A stretch of DNA of 64,000 nt from Eledone cirrhosa (lineage: Eukaryota). The notes under the pieces were generated by a model. The model ran no database searches, was not told the origin of the DNA, and saw only the letters and a program-made list of their open reading frames with translations. Position numbers and translations under genes: made by a program. Below, in pieces: positions 12,732 through 33,957 of this stretch. Where the stretch lies: contig OZ024743.1 in assembly GCA_964016885.1 (NCBI GenBank), forward strand, positions 357,244,001-357,308,000, read 5' to 3'. Position 1 is the stretch's first letter, and each line of letters opens with the position of its first letter.

Positions 12732-13544
12732 CGAAATTTAAAAAAAGTTGGATGGGATTCTTTGTAGTATCTGATACATATCTGTTTAAAAACACTTCTA
12801 TACTTTTGCCAAGAATGGCAACCAGCAGGTAGTATCAGAAATGGATTTGACAATTGACTCCTTTCCTATTTTTTTTTTTTAGTGAGATTCACATCACCTT
12901 ACATGAATTACATCATTGTTATCACCACCATCTCCACAACTGTACAGAAACTATCTGTCTATGTGGAGTGGCATCATCATTGTTACATGGAGTATTAAAC
13001 AAGGGCTATATGTGGACTGTCATCAACGCTGTAGAGAAACTACCATCACCACTACTGTAATGTACAGTCACCTCTTCCACCACCATCATAACCAGGACTG
13101 TCATAACCATATCCCTCTATTTACAACAGTATAACAAGTAGATTCAGTTCATGTAAACACATTTATTAAGACACTCTGACACTTTCTATCTCCTCCTGCC
13201 ATGTGCACTTCACACTTTTCTTTCCCTTGAGTATGTAAGGTTCACTTGTACCTCACACCTCACTCACCTCCTCCCTGCGTATGTGTGTCTATATAGGTAC
13301 ACAAACATATACCAATCACAGACACTTCCTTTTAAATAATCATATGGATATTTCAACATATCACCATACATAAACCTACACATACACACACATACATTTA
13401 TCTGATGTACATCCTTAAAACAATTATGTTCAGTCAAAGCATGAATGTTACACCTCAATTTCCTTTTCACATTAAATATGGGCTTCCTACCTATTTGATA
13501 GTTTATATAGCTAATTCTCTCTCTATATATATATATCTTTCTCA

Positions 13545-13578
<34 letters not shown>

Positions 13579-13895
13579 GTATGAATGAAGTAATTCTGTC
13601 GGAAAGGTACAGGAAAAAAGAGTGCTCTATGTAGGCTACAGAGCTTATTAGTTATGTAATAAACAACATAAGATAATTATTTCATTTACCAGTGGTTTTT
13701 TGAAAGCAGATGTTGTTTATTACATAACTATATATATATATATGTATATATGTATGATATATTATATATATATGTATGATATATATATATATATATTAAT
13801 ATATATATATATGTATGATATATATATATATATATTATATATATATATATGTATGATATATATATATGTATGATATATATATATGTATGATATAT

Positions 13896-13929
<34 letters not shown>

Positions 13930-13993
13930 TATGTATGATATATTATGTATATATATATGTATGATATATATAATATATGTAGGATATATATAT

Positions 13994-14024
<31 letters not shown>

Positions 14025-14025
14025 G

Positions 14026-14056
<31 letters not shown>

Positions 14057-14229
14057 ATATATATATAGTATATATATATGTATGTATATATATATATATA
14101 TATATATATGATATATATATATATATATGTGTATGATATATATATATATATATATATATATGATATATATATATATGTAATGAATATATATATATATATA
14201 TATGTATGATATATATATATATATGTATG

Positions 14230-14260
<31 letters not shown>

Positions 14261-14389
14261 ATATATATATGTATGATATATATATATATATGTATGATAT
14301 ATATATATATATATGTATGATATATATATATATATAATATGTATGATATATATATATATATATGTATGATATATATATATATATATGTA

Positions 14390-14426
<37 letters not shown>

Positions 14427-14466
14427 ATATATATATATGTATGATATATATATATATATATGTATG

Positions 14467-14498
<32 letters not shown>

Positions 14499-14967
14499 AT
14501 ATATATATATGTATGATATATATATATATATATGTATGATATATATATATATATATATATATGTATGATATATATATATATGAATATATATATATATATG
14601 ATATATATATATATGATATATATATATATGATATATATATATATCATATATATATATATATATGATATATATATATATCATATATATATATATATATATG
14701 TATGATATATATATATATTATATATATATATATCATATATATGATATATATATAAATATGATATATATATATATGATATATATATATATGATATATATAT
14801 ATATCATATATATATATATCATATATATATATGATATATATATATATATCATATATATATATATTATCATATATATATATCATATATATATATATGATAT
14901 ATATATATATATATATATATGATATATATATATATATATGTATGATATATATATATATATGTATGAT

Positions 14968-15830
14968 ATCATCATCATCATCATCATCGTTTAACGTCCA
15001 TGTTCCATGCTTGCATGGGTTGGGACGGGAGTTTTCCCACTTGAGGCAAGAGTGGTTGTCTGCTCGCATAGCACTGTCTGGCGGGTTTTCTACAGTTGGA
15101 TGCCCTTCCTAACACCAGCCACAATTACAGTGTGGGACTGGGAGGTTTTTACCGTGTTGCCTTCACGGCCACATTACAGCGTGGACTGTGTGTTTTTTTG
15201 ACGTGACACCNNNNNNNNNNNNNNNNNNNNNNNNNNNNNNNNNNNNNNNNNNNNNNNNNNNNNNNNNNNNNNNNNNNNNNNNNNNNNNNNNNNNNNNNNN
15301 NNNNNNNNNNNNNNNNNNNNNNNNNNNNNNNNNNNNNNNNNNNNNNNNNNNNNNNNNNNNNNNNNNNNNNNNNNNNNNNNNNNNNNNNNNNNNNNNNNNN
15401 NNNNNNNNNNTGACATGACACCTACACGATCTCATTTGTTTCAGCCTGGATTTTGTGGCACCAACATAACTTTACATTGAAAGGGGCGGTGTGGATGGGG
15501 TGGGGGTGGTGCGACGGGGTGTATTTTGTTAGAGATACCTACTGACTGTAGTAGGTTTTACTTTGTATTTCAGGTAAGGCGGTTCTTCTCTATTACTGAG
15601 TACCGCCAAAGGTCTCGGTCCAGTGACATTGTCTTGGTGAGGTGTAAGTGTGTGAGGTCGGAATTTATCAGCTCGTCCCAGGTTTTTCTGGGTCTGCCTA
15701 TTCCGTGGCTACCGTCTATCTTTATTGCCCTGCACTTTGTTATACAGCTATCGTCCTTCATGCGCATCACGTGACCATACCAATGGTAGTCTTCTCTCGA
15801 GTAAACATCTGATCCCTCTTATTTTTAATT
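14968..15830 (-). mobile_element. RTE LINE family A, 5'-truncated (spans an assembly gap at 15211-15410)
   Basis: (GAT)n tail, family A 3' UTR, C-terminal peptide [17 protein letters not shown]. Confidence 0.9.
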
Positions 15831-15858
15831 ATATATCTATGATATATATATATATATA

Positions 15859-15965
<107 letters not shown>

Positions 15966-16038
15966 ATATATATATATATATGTATGATATATATATATAT
16001 ATATATATATGTATGATATATATATATATATATATGTA

Positions 16039-16167
<129 letters not shown>

Positions 16168-16236
16168 ATATATATATATATATGTATGATATATATATAT
16201 ATATGTATGATATATATATATATATATATATATGTA

Positions 16237-16539
<303 letters not shown>

Positions 16540-16547
16540 TATATGTA

Positions 16548-16617
<70 letters not shown>

Positions 16618-16627
16618 TATATGTATG

Positions 16628-16723
<96 letters not shown>

Positions 16724-16731
16724 TATATGTA

Positions 16732-16779
<48 letters not shown>

Positions 16780-16886
16780 TATATGTATGATATATATATA
16801 TATATATAATATATATATATGTATGATATATATATATATATATATATCATATATATATATATGTATGATATATATATATATATATG

Positions 16887-16919
<33 letters not shown>

Positions 16920-17004
16920 ATATATATATATATATATAATATATATATATGTATGATATATATATATATATATATATCATATATATATATGTATGATATA
17001 TATA

Positions 17005-17041
<37 letters not shown>

Positions 17042-17056
17042 ATATATATATATGTA

Positions 17057-17127
<71 letters not shown>

Positions 17128-17171
17128 ATATATATATATATATATGTATGATATATATATATATATATGTA

Positions 17172-17208
<37 letters not shown>

Positions 17209-17334
17209 ATATATATATATATATATATATGTATGATGTATGATATATATATATATATATATATATGTAAGATATATATATATATATATATATGTATGAT
17301 ATATATATATGTATGATATATATATATATATATG

Positions 17335-17365
<31 letters not shown>

Positions 17366-17462
17366 ATATATATAAATATATATATATATATATATGATAT
17401 ATATATATATATATATATATGATATATATATATATATATATATGATATATATATATATATAT

Positions 17463-17498
<36 letters not shown>

Positions 17499-17629
17499 CT
17501 ATATATATAATATATATATGATATATATATATATATATATGTATGATATATATATATATATATATGTATGATATATATATATATATATATATTATATATG
17601 ATATATATATATATATATATATATGTATG

Positions 17630-17691
<62 letters not shown>

Positions 17692-17777
17692 ATATATATA
17701 TATATATGTATGATATATATATATATATATATATATGTATGATACATATATATATATATATGTATGATATAAATGTA

Positions 17778-17816
<39 letters not shown>

Positions 17817-18031
17817 ATACATATATATATATATATGTATGATATAAATGTATGATATATATATATATATATATGTATGATATATATGTATGATATATAT
17901 ATATATATATATGTATGATATATATGTATGATATATATATATATATATATGTATGATATATATGTATGATATATATATATATATATATGTATGATATATA
18001 TGTATGATATATATATATATATATATGTATG

Positions 18032-18157
<126 letters not shown>

Positions 18158-18215
18158 ATACATATATATATATATATATATAGATATATATGTATGATAT
18201 ATATATATATATGTA

Positions 18216-18260
<45 letters not shown>

Positions 18261-18356
18261 ATATATATATATATATATATATAGATATATATGTATGATA
18301 TATATATATATATATGTATGATATATATATGTATGATATATATATATATATATGTA

Positions 18357-18400
<44 letters not shown>

Positions 18401-18512
18401 TATATATATATATATATATATATAAGTATGATATATATATATATATATATATGTATGATATATATATATGTATGATATATATATATGTATGATATATATA
18501 TATGTATATGTA

Positions 18513-18565
<53 letters not shown>

Positions 18566-18911
18566 ATATATATGTATGATATATATATATATATATATTT
18601 ATGATATATATATATATGTATGATATATATATATATGTATGATATATATATATATATGTATGATATATATATGTATGATATATATATATATATGTATGAT
18701 ATATATATGTATGATATATATATATATATGTATGATATATATATATATATGTATGATATATATATATATATGTATGATATATATATATATGTATGATATA
18801 TATATGTATGATATATATATATATGTATGATATATATATATATATGTATGATATATATATATATATGTATGATATATATATATATATGTATGATATATAT
18901 ATATATATGTA

Positions 18912-19174
<263 letters not shown>

Positions 19175-19203
19175 ATATATATATATATATATATATATGT
19201 ATG

Positions 19204-19289
<86 letters not shown>

Positions 19290-19465
19290 ATATATATATA
19301 TATATATATGTATGATATATATATATATGTATGATATATATATATATATATATGTATGATATATATATATATATATATATGTATGATATATATATATGTA
19401 TGATATATATATATATATATATGTATGATATATATATATATGTATGATATATATATATATATGTA

Positions 19466-19520
<55 letters not shown>

Positions 19521-19698
19521 ATATATATATATATATATGTATGATATATATATATATATATGTATGATATATATATATATATATATGTATGATATATATA
19601 TATATATATGTATGATATATATATATATATGTATGATATATATATATATATGTATGATATATATATATATATGTATGATATATATATATATATGTATG

Positions 19699-19729
<31 letters not shown>

Positions 19730-19750
19730 ATATATATATATATATGTATG

Positions 19751-19781
<31 letters not shown>

Positions 19782-19853
19782 ATATATATATGTATGATAT
19801 ATATATATATATGTATGATATATATATGTATGATATATATATATATATGTATG

Positions 19854-19970
<117 letters not shown>

Positions 19971-20356
19971 ATATACATATATATATATGTATACATATAT
20001 ATATATATATATGTATATATATATTTATATGTGTGATATATATATATATTGTGATATATATATATATATGTATGATATATATATATATATGTATGATATA
20101 TATATATGTATATATATATTTATATGTGTGATATATATATATATATATGTGTGATATATATATATATATATATGTGATATATATATATATATGTATATAT
20201 ATATTTATATGTGTGATATATATATATATATATGTGTGATATATATATATATATGTATGATATATATATATATATGTATGATATATATATATGTATGATA
20301 TATATATATATATATGTATGATATATATATATATGTATGATATATATATATATGTA

Positions 20357-20395
<39 letters not shown>

Positions 20396-20425
20396 ATATA
20401 TATATATGTATGATATATATATATA

Positions 20426-20468
<43 letters not shown>

Positions 20469-20502
20469 ATATATATATATATATGATATATATATATGTA
20501 TG

Positions 20503-20535
<33 letters not shown>

Positions 20536-20800
20536 ATATATATATATATATATATATATCATATATATATATGTATGATATATATATATATATATATATG
20601 TATGATATATATATATGTATGATATATATATATATATATATATGTATGATATATATATATGTATGATATATATATATATATATATGTATGATATATATAT
20701 ATGTATGATATATATATATGTATGATATATATATATATATATATATGTATGATATATATATATGTATAATATATATATATGTATGATATATATATATGTA

Positions 20801-20878
<78 letters not shown>

Positions 20879-20920
20879 ATATATATATATATATGTATGA
20901 TATATATATATATATGTATG

Positions 20921-20989
<69 letters not shown>

Positions 20990-20994
20990 GTATG

Positions 20995-21025
<31 letters not shown>

Positions 21026-21197
21026 ATATATAATATGTATGATATGTATGTAATATATATATATATGTATGATATATATAATATGACTCCAGTTCCCCAG
21101 TGAATTAACAACCCAACAAGGAACTGGGCATATCAGAGTATTGACAATATCATACACCTATACAACATATGTACTTGTCTATACCATACTAATTCAA

Positions 21198-21252
21198 ACT
21201 GCCTGAAGAGGTCACAGCCAAAGATGGCTGTCACTCAAATATATATAACAGT
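21198..21252 (+). ncRNA. Degenerate minimal hammerhead-ribozyme-like motif in a ~220-bp TA-flanked insert (21084-21303)
   Basis: ACTG-c-CTGAAGA-G-GTCACAGCCA/AAGA/TGGCTGTCAC-tc-AAA-TATATATAA-CAGT then AATAAA; the GAAA box is damaged. Confidence 0.5.
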
Positions 21253-21592
21253 AATAAACGAAGCTAAATTTTAATCATTTGACTTTTATTTAACTTTATT
21301 TTATGTATGATATATATATATATCTATATATATATATATATATATGAATATATATATATATATATGTATGATATATATATATATATATATATTCGTTAAC
21401 TACTTTTCCCATCTTGACGTTATAGTCGCATATATGTTATAGAATGCCGTTAGCTTCTTGCTAAAACAATCTCTATACGTCTCATTTATATATATATATA
21501 TTTATATATATGTATGATATATATATGGATGATATATATATATATGATATATATATATATATATATATATGTATGATATATATATATATGTA

Positions 21593-21637
<45 letters not shown>

Positions 21638-21657
21638 ATATATATATATATATATAT

Positions 21658-22316
<659 letters not shown>

Positions 22317-22350
22317 ATATATATATATATATATATATATATTATGTATG

Positions 22351-22607
<257 letters not shown>

Positions 22608-22634
22608 ATATATATATATATATATATATATGTA

Positions 22635-22694
<60 letters not shown>

Positions 22695-22697
22695 GTA

Positions 22698-22739
<42 letters not shown>

Positions 22740-22742
22740 GTA

Positions 22743-22824
<82 letters not shown>

Positions 22825-22845
22825 ATATATATATATATATATATA

Positions 22846-26499
<3,654 letters not shown>

Positions 26500-26527
26500 A
26501 TATATATATGTATGATATATATATGTA

Positions 26528-26584
<57 letters not shown>

Positions 26585-26597
26585 ATATATATATGTA

Positions 26598-26640
<43 letters not shown>

Positions 26641-26679
26641 ATATATATATATATATATATGTATGATATATATATATAT

Positions 26680-28580
26680 ATCATCATCATCATCATCATC
26701 ATCAGCGTTTAACGTCCGTGTTCCACGCTTGCATGGGTTTGGACGGGGGTAGTCCCACTTGAGGCAAGAGTGATTGTCTTGCTCGCATAGGACTGTCTGG
26801 CAGGTTTTCTACAGTTGGATGCCCTTCCTAACACCAACCACATTTACAGTGTGGGTCTGGGAGGTTTTTACCGTGTTGCCTACACGGCCACATTACAGCG
26901 TGGACTGTGTGTTTTTTGTCGTGACACCTACACGATCTCATTTGTTTCGGCCTCGATGGCGCGGCACCAACATAACTTTACATAGAACGGGGTGGTGTGG
27001 ATCGGGTGGGGGTGGTGGGACGGGGTGTATTTGTTAGAGATGCCTACTGGCTGGAGTAGGTTTTACTATATATTTAGGTAAGGCGGGTCTTCTCTGTTAC
27101 TGAGTACCGCCAAAGGTCTCGGTCCAGTGACATTGTCTTGGAGAGGTGTAAGTGTGTGATGTCGGAGTTTATCAGCTCGTCCCAGGTTTTTCTAGGTCTG
27201 CCTATTCCGTGACTACCGTCTATCTTTATTGCCCTGCACTTTGTTATACAGCTATCGACTTTCATGCGCATCACGTGTCCATACCAACGTAGCCTTCTCT
27301 CGAGTAAACAACATCTGATCCCTCTTATCTCTAATTTATTCCTTAGTTCGTTTATGCTTTGCCGTTCACGTATATTACTGTTACACATCCAGCGGAGCAT
27401 GCAAGCTTCGTTCCTCTCTAGTCTGCGTATATCCTCTGCACACAATGCCCAGGTCTCACTGCCATGCAGCATTGCTGTTCGTATGCAGGCATCGTACAAC
27501 CTGCCTTTCATTTTTAGTGAGAACCCTTTAGCAGCTAATAGTGGTATAAGCTCTCTGAACTTTTTCCAACCAGTTCTGACTCTAGCTACAGTACTTTCAG
27601 AGCACCCTCCCCCACTGCTGATTTTATCGCCCAGGTAACGGAAGCTGTCCACTATTTCTATAGAACCCTCTGCGCAATTGAAAGAGCTAGTAGTTTGTGG
27701 GCACTTGCTGCTACTTATTGCACCAGAGCACCGGCCACATGTAAAATCTATGTTCTTAGTTAGCCTACCTGTGATCCCACTACATCTTTTATGCACCCAT
27801 ACTTTGCATTTAGGACATAAAATGGAGTTTCTACCTACGCCTTTCCTACACACCGAGCACGACCATTTCCCAGAAGGGACCGCCGCCTTGTTTTCTTTCC
27901 TACAAACTAGTACTTTGGTCTTAGCCAGGTTAATTTTAAGTCCTTTTGACTCTAGGCCGTGCTTCCATGTTTGGAATTTCTTCTCTAGCTCGGCCATTGA
28001 TTCCGCTATGAGTGTCAGGTCGTCTGCGTATAGGAGTTCCCATGGGCAGCCTGTCTTGAACTCCTCTGTTATGGCCTGAAGGGCAATAATAAATAGTAGT
28101 GGACTGAGAACAGAGCCCTGATGGACGCCGACTTTTACGCTAAACTCTTCACTATATTCGTTGTTAATTCTAACCTTGCTGACTGTTTCTTTATACATGG
28201 CTTGTATAGCCCTCACAAGCCATTCGTCAACGCCTAGTTTTCTAAGAGCCCACCAGATAATGGAGCGGGGGACTCTGTCGAAGGCTTTCTCCAAGTCGAC
28301 AAAAGCTAAGTAGAGGGGTTTACCTTTAGCTAGGTACTTCTCTTGTAGTTGTCGTACTATGAAAAGAGCGTCTGTGGTACTTTTGCCTGACACAAACCCG
28401 AACTGCATTTCATCTAGGTCAATTCTCTCTCTGATTAGCTGCGCTATTACTCTTTCCGTGACCTTCATGACCTGGTCGATTAATTTAATGCCTCTATAGT
28501 TACTCCTATCTAGGGCGTCTCCTTTACCCTTATAACAGTTAACGATGATGCTGCTATGCCAGTCCTTCGGAACAACCCCC
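26680..28580 (-). mobile_element. RTE LINE family A, 5'-truncated, RT frame open
   Basis: ORF 27074-28580 is nearly identical to the 22846 copy; (GAT)n tail. Confidence 0.95.
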
Positions 28581-28604
28581 GTATGATATATATATATATA
28601 TGTA

Positions 28605-28663
<59 letters not shown>

Positions 28664-28718
28664 ATATATATATATATATATATGTATGATATATATATTC
28701 ATTTAATTTATTGATTTA

Positions 28719-30254
28719 TTGATTTTTTATCTGAGTGTCCCGAATTTGTACGTGTGGCCGAGGAAATTGAAGAGTGCATTATCCACAACGAAGGAGAGGA
28801 GTTGGTGGATGTCCGTGTGTGTGAGTCCGAAGCAGTGTCCGAACCGCCATCCAAAACAACACCGAGATCGATTACAACCCCACAACCCACCCCACACTCC
28901 CCACATATCACCTCGACAACCCACTCCACCCCCCACCCACCAACTTGACACTAAACTACTCAGGTTGAAACATTCTATCTCTAACATCCTTTCCCAACAC
29001 ACACACACACACAATAAACGCAACCTCACCAATGCACAATTTAATACTCTCACCAACCTAAGATCCAGGAACCTTGTGTACCTTCCCTCTGACAAGGGGA
29101 AAGAATTCTGTGTCATCTCGAGAGAGACCTACAACAACACGGACATCCACCAACTCCTCTCCTTCGTTGTGGATAATGCACTCTTCAATTTCCTCGGCCA
29201 CACGTACAAACAAATCTCTGGGCTACCTATGGGCTCTAGTCTGTCCGGCATACTTGCGATCTCGTACATGGACCATCTGGAACGCAAGGCACTCAATACC
29301 TGCCAACCCAACGCCGTCGCCTTCTACTCCAGATACGTTGATGATATCCTGATACTTACTTCTTCCCGGGAGATGGCGAATGAAATTCACCAAATCTTCA
29401 ACGATACTGACCAACACATCGATTTCACCATCGAACACCCAGGAGAAGACGGGTCACTCGCCCTCCTCGACTTCCGTATCAACATCTCGGAAGAAGGAGA
29501 CATAAACACCACTTTCTACCGCAAAGCAGCGTGCAAGGACTTATTTGTGCATTATAACTCAGCCCTCCCCAACAACGCTAAGAGAGGCTATGTCCTAAAT
29601 GAACTGACATGGATCACTAACAGATGCAGCGACCCGATGGGTGGTCTCACCCATACCACGCAATTCCGTAATCTACTCAGATCTAATGGTTATCCCAAGC
29701 GACTGATTAACGGAATTAGAGACCCCAGACCCAGTAGACTGACACCCACTAGAAAACTTAATATTAGCAGGTGCTTCTTTAAAATCCCCCACCTGAGTGA
29801 ATATACCACGAACGCCATCCGCAGGGCCATACGGACGGAGGGACTTGACATACATTTGGCCCACACAGGACCTTCGCTGCGAAGATGCCTCTCCAACAAA
29901 CCCTACGAGGCAGATGGCACGTGTTCCCTCAGCAACTGCCCGATACGGGGGGCAGATTGCCTACGCACCTATGTCGTATATAAGATTCAATGCGATAAAT
30001 GTAACAAGTTTTACATAGGTAGCACCATCCGACCCCTACATGTTCGTATCAAGGAACATATCAACACCAATGCATCTTCCTTCCGTAAACATATCCTTAA
30101 ATGCGGAAACCCACAAGGTAGACCCTTGGTCACAGTCCTAGCGACTGAACGCAGCATCGGATCCTTAAGGATAAAGGAAGCACTTGTTATTAAGAACCTC
30201 AGACCCCCACTTAACAACCGGGCTGAGAGAAATGAGCTGACATGGCTAACTTAA
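28719..30254 (+). pseudogene. PLE reverse transcriptase / GIY-YIG endonuclease ORF lacking the N-terminal RT motifs
   Basis: LPSDKG, YKQISGLPMGSSLS, YSRYVDD, FTIEH..LALLDF, FYRK; VVYKIQCDKCNKFYIGST..LHVRIKEH..IKEA..LN. It jumps from SRETY straight to the motif-B' region with no motif A. Confidence 0.85.
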
Positions 30255-30863
30255 CCATAATGACCATTCACAGCCTACGGCCTGCTATCTTCACACACAC
30301 GCACGTATATGCATACCCATACGCATGCACACACACTTCTATATTTTACACGCACACATGTTTTTACAACCTACCACCTTTCACACCCTTTGATTTCCAG
30401 CTTCTACAGCCCACTATCTTTCACACACAAACGCACTCACACATATACACACACAGTTACACACACACATGTATACCCATACGCTTACACACACACACAT
30501 CTATATTTATACACGCACACATATTTTACAACCTACCACCTTTCACACCCTTTCATTTCCAACTTCTACAGCCCACTATCTTTCACACACACACACACTC
30601 ACACATATACACACTTACACTTATACACACACAGTCACACACACATATATATTTACATACACATATCTTACGGCTTTCACACGCTAACGCACCCTCTTGA
30701 TTTAACCCATTTGGTCAGTAGCTTTTGCCACAGCTTATCACGCGCACGCGCATTCTTTCCCTCGTTTAAATTTTAAATATTTTTCTCCCCATAACGGCAT
30801 TCCTGTCTTAACGACATCACCACTTTCTCCGCTTGGCCTGTTTTTCCCCCCTTTTGGAACTTT

Positions 30864-30899
30864 TCCCCCGTTGATGGGCGTGAGCCCGAAATATTGGGA
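30864..30899 (+). ncRNA. Minimal type-I hammerhead-like motif in the PLE 3' (pLTR) region, variant core
   Basis: TCCC-CCGTTGA-T-GGGC/GTGA/GCCC-GAAA-TA-TT-GGGA. Stems I and II and the GAAA box are intact; the core differs from CTGATGA at two positions. Confidence 0.55.
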
Positions 30900-31163
30900 T
30901 TAAATCTCTACTACGGTAACCCTTCTACCTTTGTTTTGTTTTCATCTTTGTCTCTCTCAACTTTCACTTTCACCTGTTTTTCCTATCTATATTTCACTTC
31001 CTACCTCGAGATTTCCCTTTGCATTGTTGTGGCTTTCTTAAATACGTATTTTTACACATTTCACAATGCTTCAAGCAAACTTTAACACCCTCTTATATAT
31101 ATATTTATGATATATATATATATATATATATATTTATGATATATATATATATATATATTTATG

Positions 31164-31195
<32 letters not shown>

Positions 31196-31204
31196 GATAT
31201 ATAT

Positions 31205-32577
31205 ATCATCATCATCATCATCATCAACAACGTTTAACGTCCGTGTTCCACGCTTGCATGGGTTTGGACGGGGGTAGTCCCACTTGAGGCAAGAGTGATT
31301 GTCTTGCTCGCATAGGACTGTCTGGCAGGTTTTCTACAGTTGGATGCCCTTCCTAACACCAACCACATTTACAGTGTGGGTCTGGGAGGTTTTTACCGTG
31401 TTGCCTACACGGCCACATTACAGCATGGACTGTGTGTTTTTTTTGTCGTGACACCTACACGATCTCATTTGTTTCGGCCTCGATGGCGCGGCACCAACAT
31501 AACTTTACATAGAACGGGGTGGTGTGGATGGGGTGGGGGTGGGGGTGGTGGGACGGGGTGTATTTTGTTAGAGATGCCTACTGGCTGGAGTAGGTTTTAC
31601 TATATATTTAGGTAAGGCGGGTCTTCTCTGTTACTGAGTACCGCCAAAGGTCTCGGTCCAGTGACATTGTCTTGGAGAGGTGTAAGTGTGTGATGTCGGA
31701 GTTTATCAGCTCGTCCCAGGTTTTTCTAGGTCTGCCTATTCCGTGACTACCGTCTATCTTTATTGCCCTGCACTTTGTTATACAGCTATCGACTTTCATG
31801 CGCATCACGTGTCCATACCAACGTAGCCTTCTCTCGAGTAAACAACATCTGATCCCTCTTATCTCTAATTTTTTCCTTAGTTCGTTTATGCTTTGCCGTT
31901 CATGTATATTACTGTTACACATCCAGCGGAGCATGCAAGCTTCGTTCCTCTCTAGTCTGCGTATATCCTCTGCACACAATGCCCAGGTCTCACTGCCATG
32001 CAGCATTGCTGTTCGTATGCAGGCATCGTACAACCTGCCTTTCATTTTTAGTGAGAACCCTTTAGCAGCTAATAGTGGTATAAGCTCTCTGAACTTTTTC
32101 CAACCAGTTCTGACTCTAGCTACAGTACTTTCAGAGCACCCTCCCCCACTGCTGATTTTATCGCCCAGGTAACGGAAGCTGTCCACTATTTCTATAGAAC
32201 CCTCTGCGCAATTGAAAGAGCTAGTAGTTTGTGGGCACTTGCTGCTACTTATTGCACCAGAGCACCGGCCACATGTAAAATCTATGTTCTTAGTTAGCTT
32301 ACCTGTGATCCCACTACATCTTTTATGCACCCATACTTTGCATTTAGGACATAAAATGGAGTTTCTACCTACGCCTTTCCTACACACCGAGCACGACCAT
32401 TTCCCAGAAGGGACCGCCGCCTTGTTTTCTTTCCTACAAACTAGAACTTTAGTCTTAGCCAGGTTAATTTTAAGTCCTTTTGACTCTAGGCCGTGCTTCC
32501 ATGTTTGGAATTTCTTCTCTAGCTCGGCCATTGATTCCGCTATGAGTGTCAGGTCGTCTGCGTATAGGAGTTCCCAT
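31205..32577 (-). mobile_element. RTE LINE family A, 5'-truncated at WELLYADD
   Basis: ORF 31608-32577 is nearly identical to the other A copies; (GAT)n tail. Confidence 0.95.
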
Positions 32578-32604
32578 ATATATATATATATATATATATA
32601 TTTA

Positions 32605-32643
<39 letters not shown>

Positions 32644-32647
32644 ATAT

Positions 32648-32702
<55 letters not shown>

Positions 32703-32950
32703 ATATATATATGTATGATATATATATGTATGATATATATATGTATGATATATATATATGTATATATGTATTATATATATATATGTATGATATATATATA
32801 TGTATATATGTATTATATATATATATGTATGATATATATATATATGTATATATGTATGATATATATATATGTATGATATATATATATATATATGTATATA
32901 TGTATTATATATATATATGTATGATATATATATATATATGTATATATGTA

Positions 32951-32989
<39 letters not shown>

Positions 32990-33249
32990 ATATATATATA
33001 TATACATACATACATACATAAATAGAAGCCATTTTTTTATATTAAATTTTGTGAATATTCTAATATATACACATACTTAAGAAGTATCCACTTCCTTCAC
33101 CAGACCTCATTGTTCTTTCCATTCTTTCTTTTGTATTCTCACATTCCCCCTCTCCTTTTACATGCACACACCTCTCTCTCTCTCTCCTCCCTAAAATCTG
33201 CAATACTCAGGAAGTATATTCATCCAACTAATATTTTCATATCAATAGC

Positions 33250-33434
33250 AATAATTGTTTCTACTTTAGGCACAAGGCCAGCAAATAACCAGTGCATTAC
33301 TGGTACTTTATTTTATCGACCCCGTAAGGATGAAAGGCAAAGTTAACCTCGGCGGGATTTGAACTCAGATTGTAAAGGGACGTAACTATGCTGCAAAGCA
33401 TGGCGTCCGACCCTCTACCGATACTGCCAATCCA
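33250..33434 (-). mobile_element. tRNA-derived SINE family 1, full length
   Basis: Reverse complement of the 63680-63849 / 6501-6673 type. Confidence 0.88.
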
Positions 33435-33915
33435 CAGCAATAATAAACAGTCATTAGATATGTAATAAAACTCTTTATGTAAATTATATTAATTATTATG
33501 ATTAGACCTGTGCAGTCAATAATGATGGCAATAGCATAGAACATATTTAATTTTGGATTCCAGGATTGGTATGCCATATATATCAGGATTACCGGATATA
33601 TGAATATTCATACAAACTGAAAAATTAGGGTTTGATAAATTGATCACTTGCATAAAAGAAACCCTACAATTTATGTTAATTACTAATATGTTGAAGTGAT
33701 GAAAGATAAGAATGATATTTTCATAATATTTCTAGGGTTTAATCACATAAATGTTCATCACAGGATTAAATTAACTATTTACAGGGATAAATATAGGGTT
33801 ATTACCAGAGCCTTGTGATTGGTTCACACACTTTTTATTGTAGCAATATGACTTAAATAAGAAATACATTGTGTGTATGTGTGTACATTTGTGTGTACAT
33901 TTTAAAGAGAAACAG

Positions 33916-33957
<42 letters not shown>

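Larger units (their letters stand above)
28697..31092 (+). mobile_element. Penelope-like element (PLE), internally deleted, with an inverted 5' segment
   Basis: PLE-type RT plus a C-terminal GIY-YIG domain, a long 3' non-coding region with a hammerhead-like motif, and (TA)n on both flanks. Confidence 0.9.

Noticed and set aside
14968-14988. (CAT)n runs as poly-His or poly-Asp coding, or as telomeric repeats
   Set aside because: They are the 3' tandem-repeat tails of RTE elements and their SINEs.
15211-15410. ORFs spanning the N run
   Set aside because: 200-N assembly gap; the sequence on both sides overlaps within the same LINE UTR.
27264-28079. Recurrent 124-133 aa ORFs (MRITCPYQ..., MKELV...) and MSCSHRT... 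ORFs
   Set aside because: Antisense frames of the RTE ORF and UTR; they recur only because the element is repeated.
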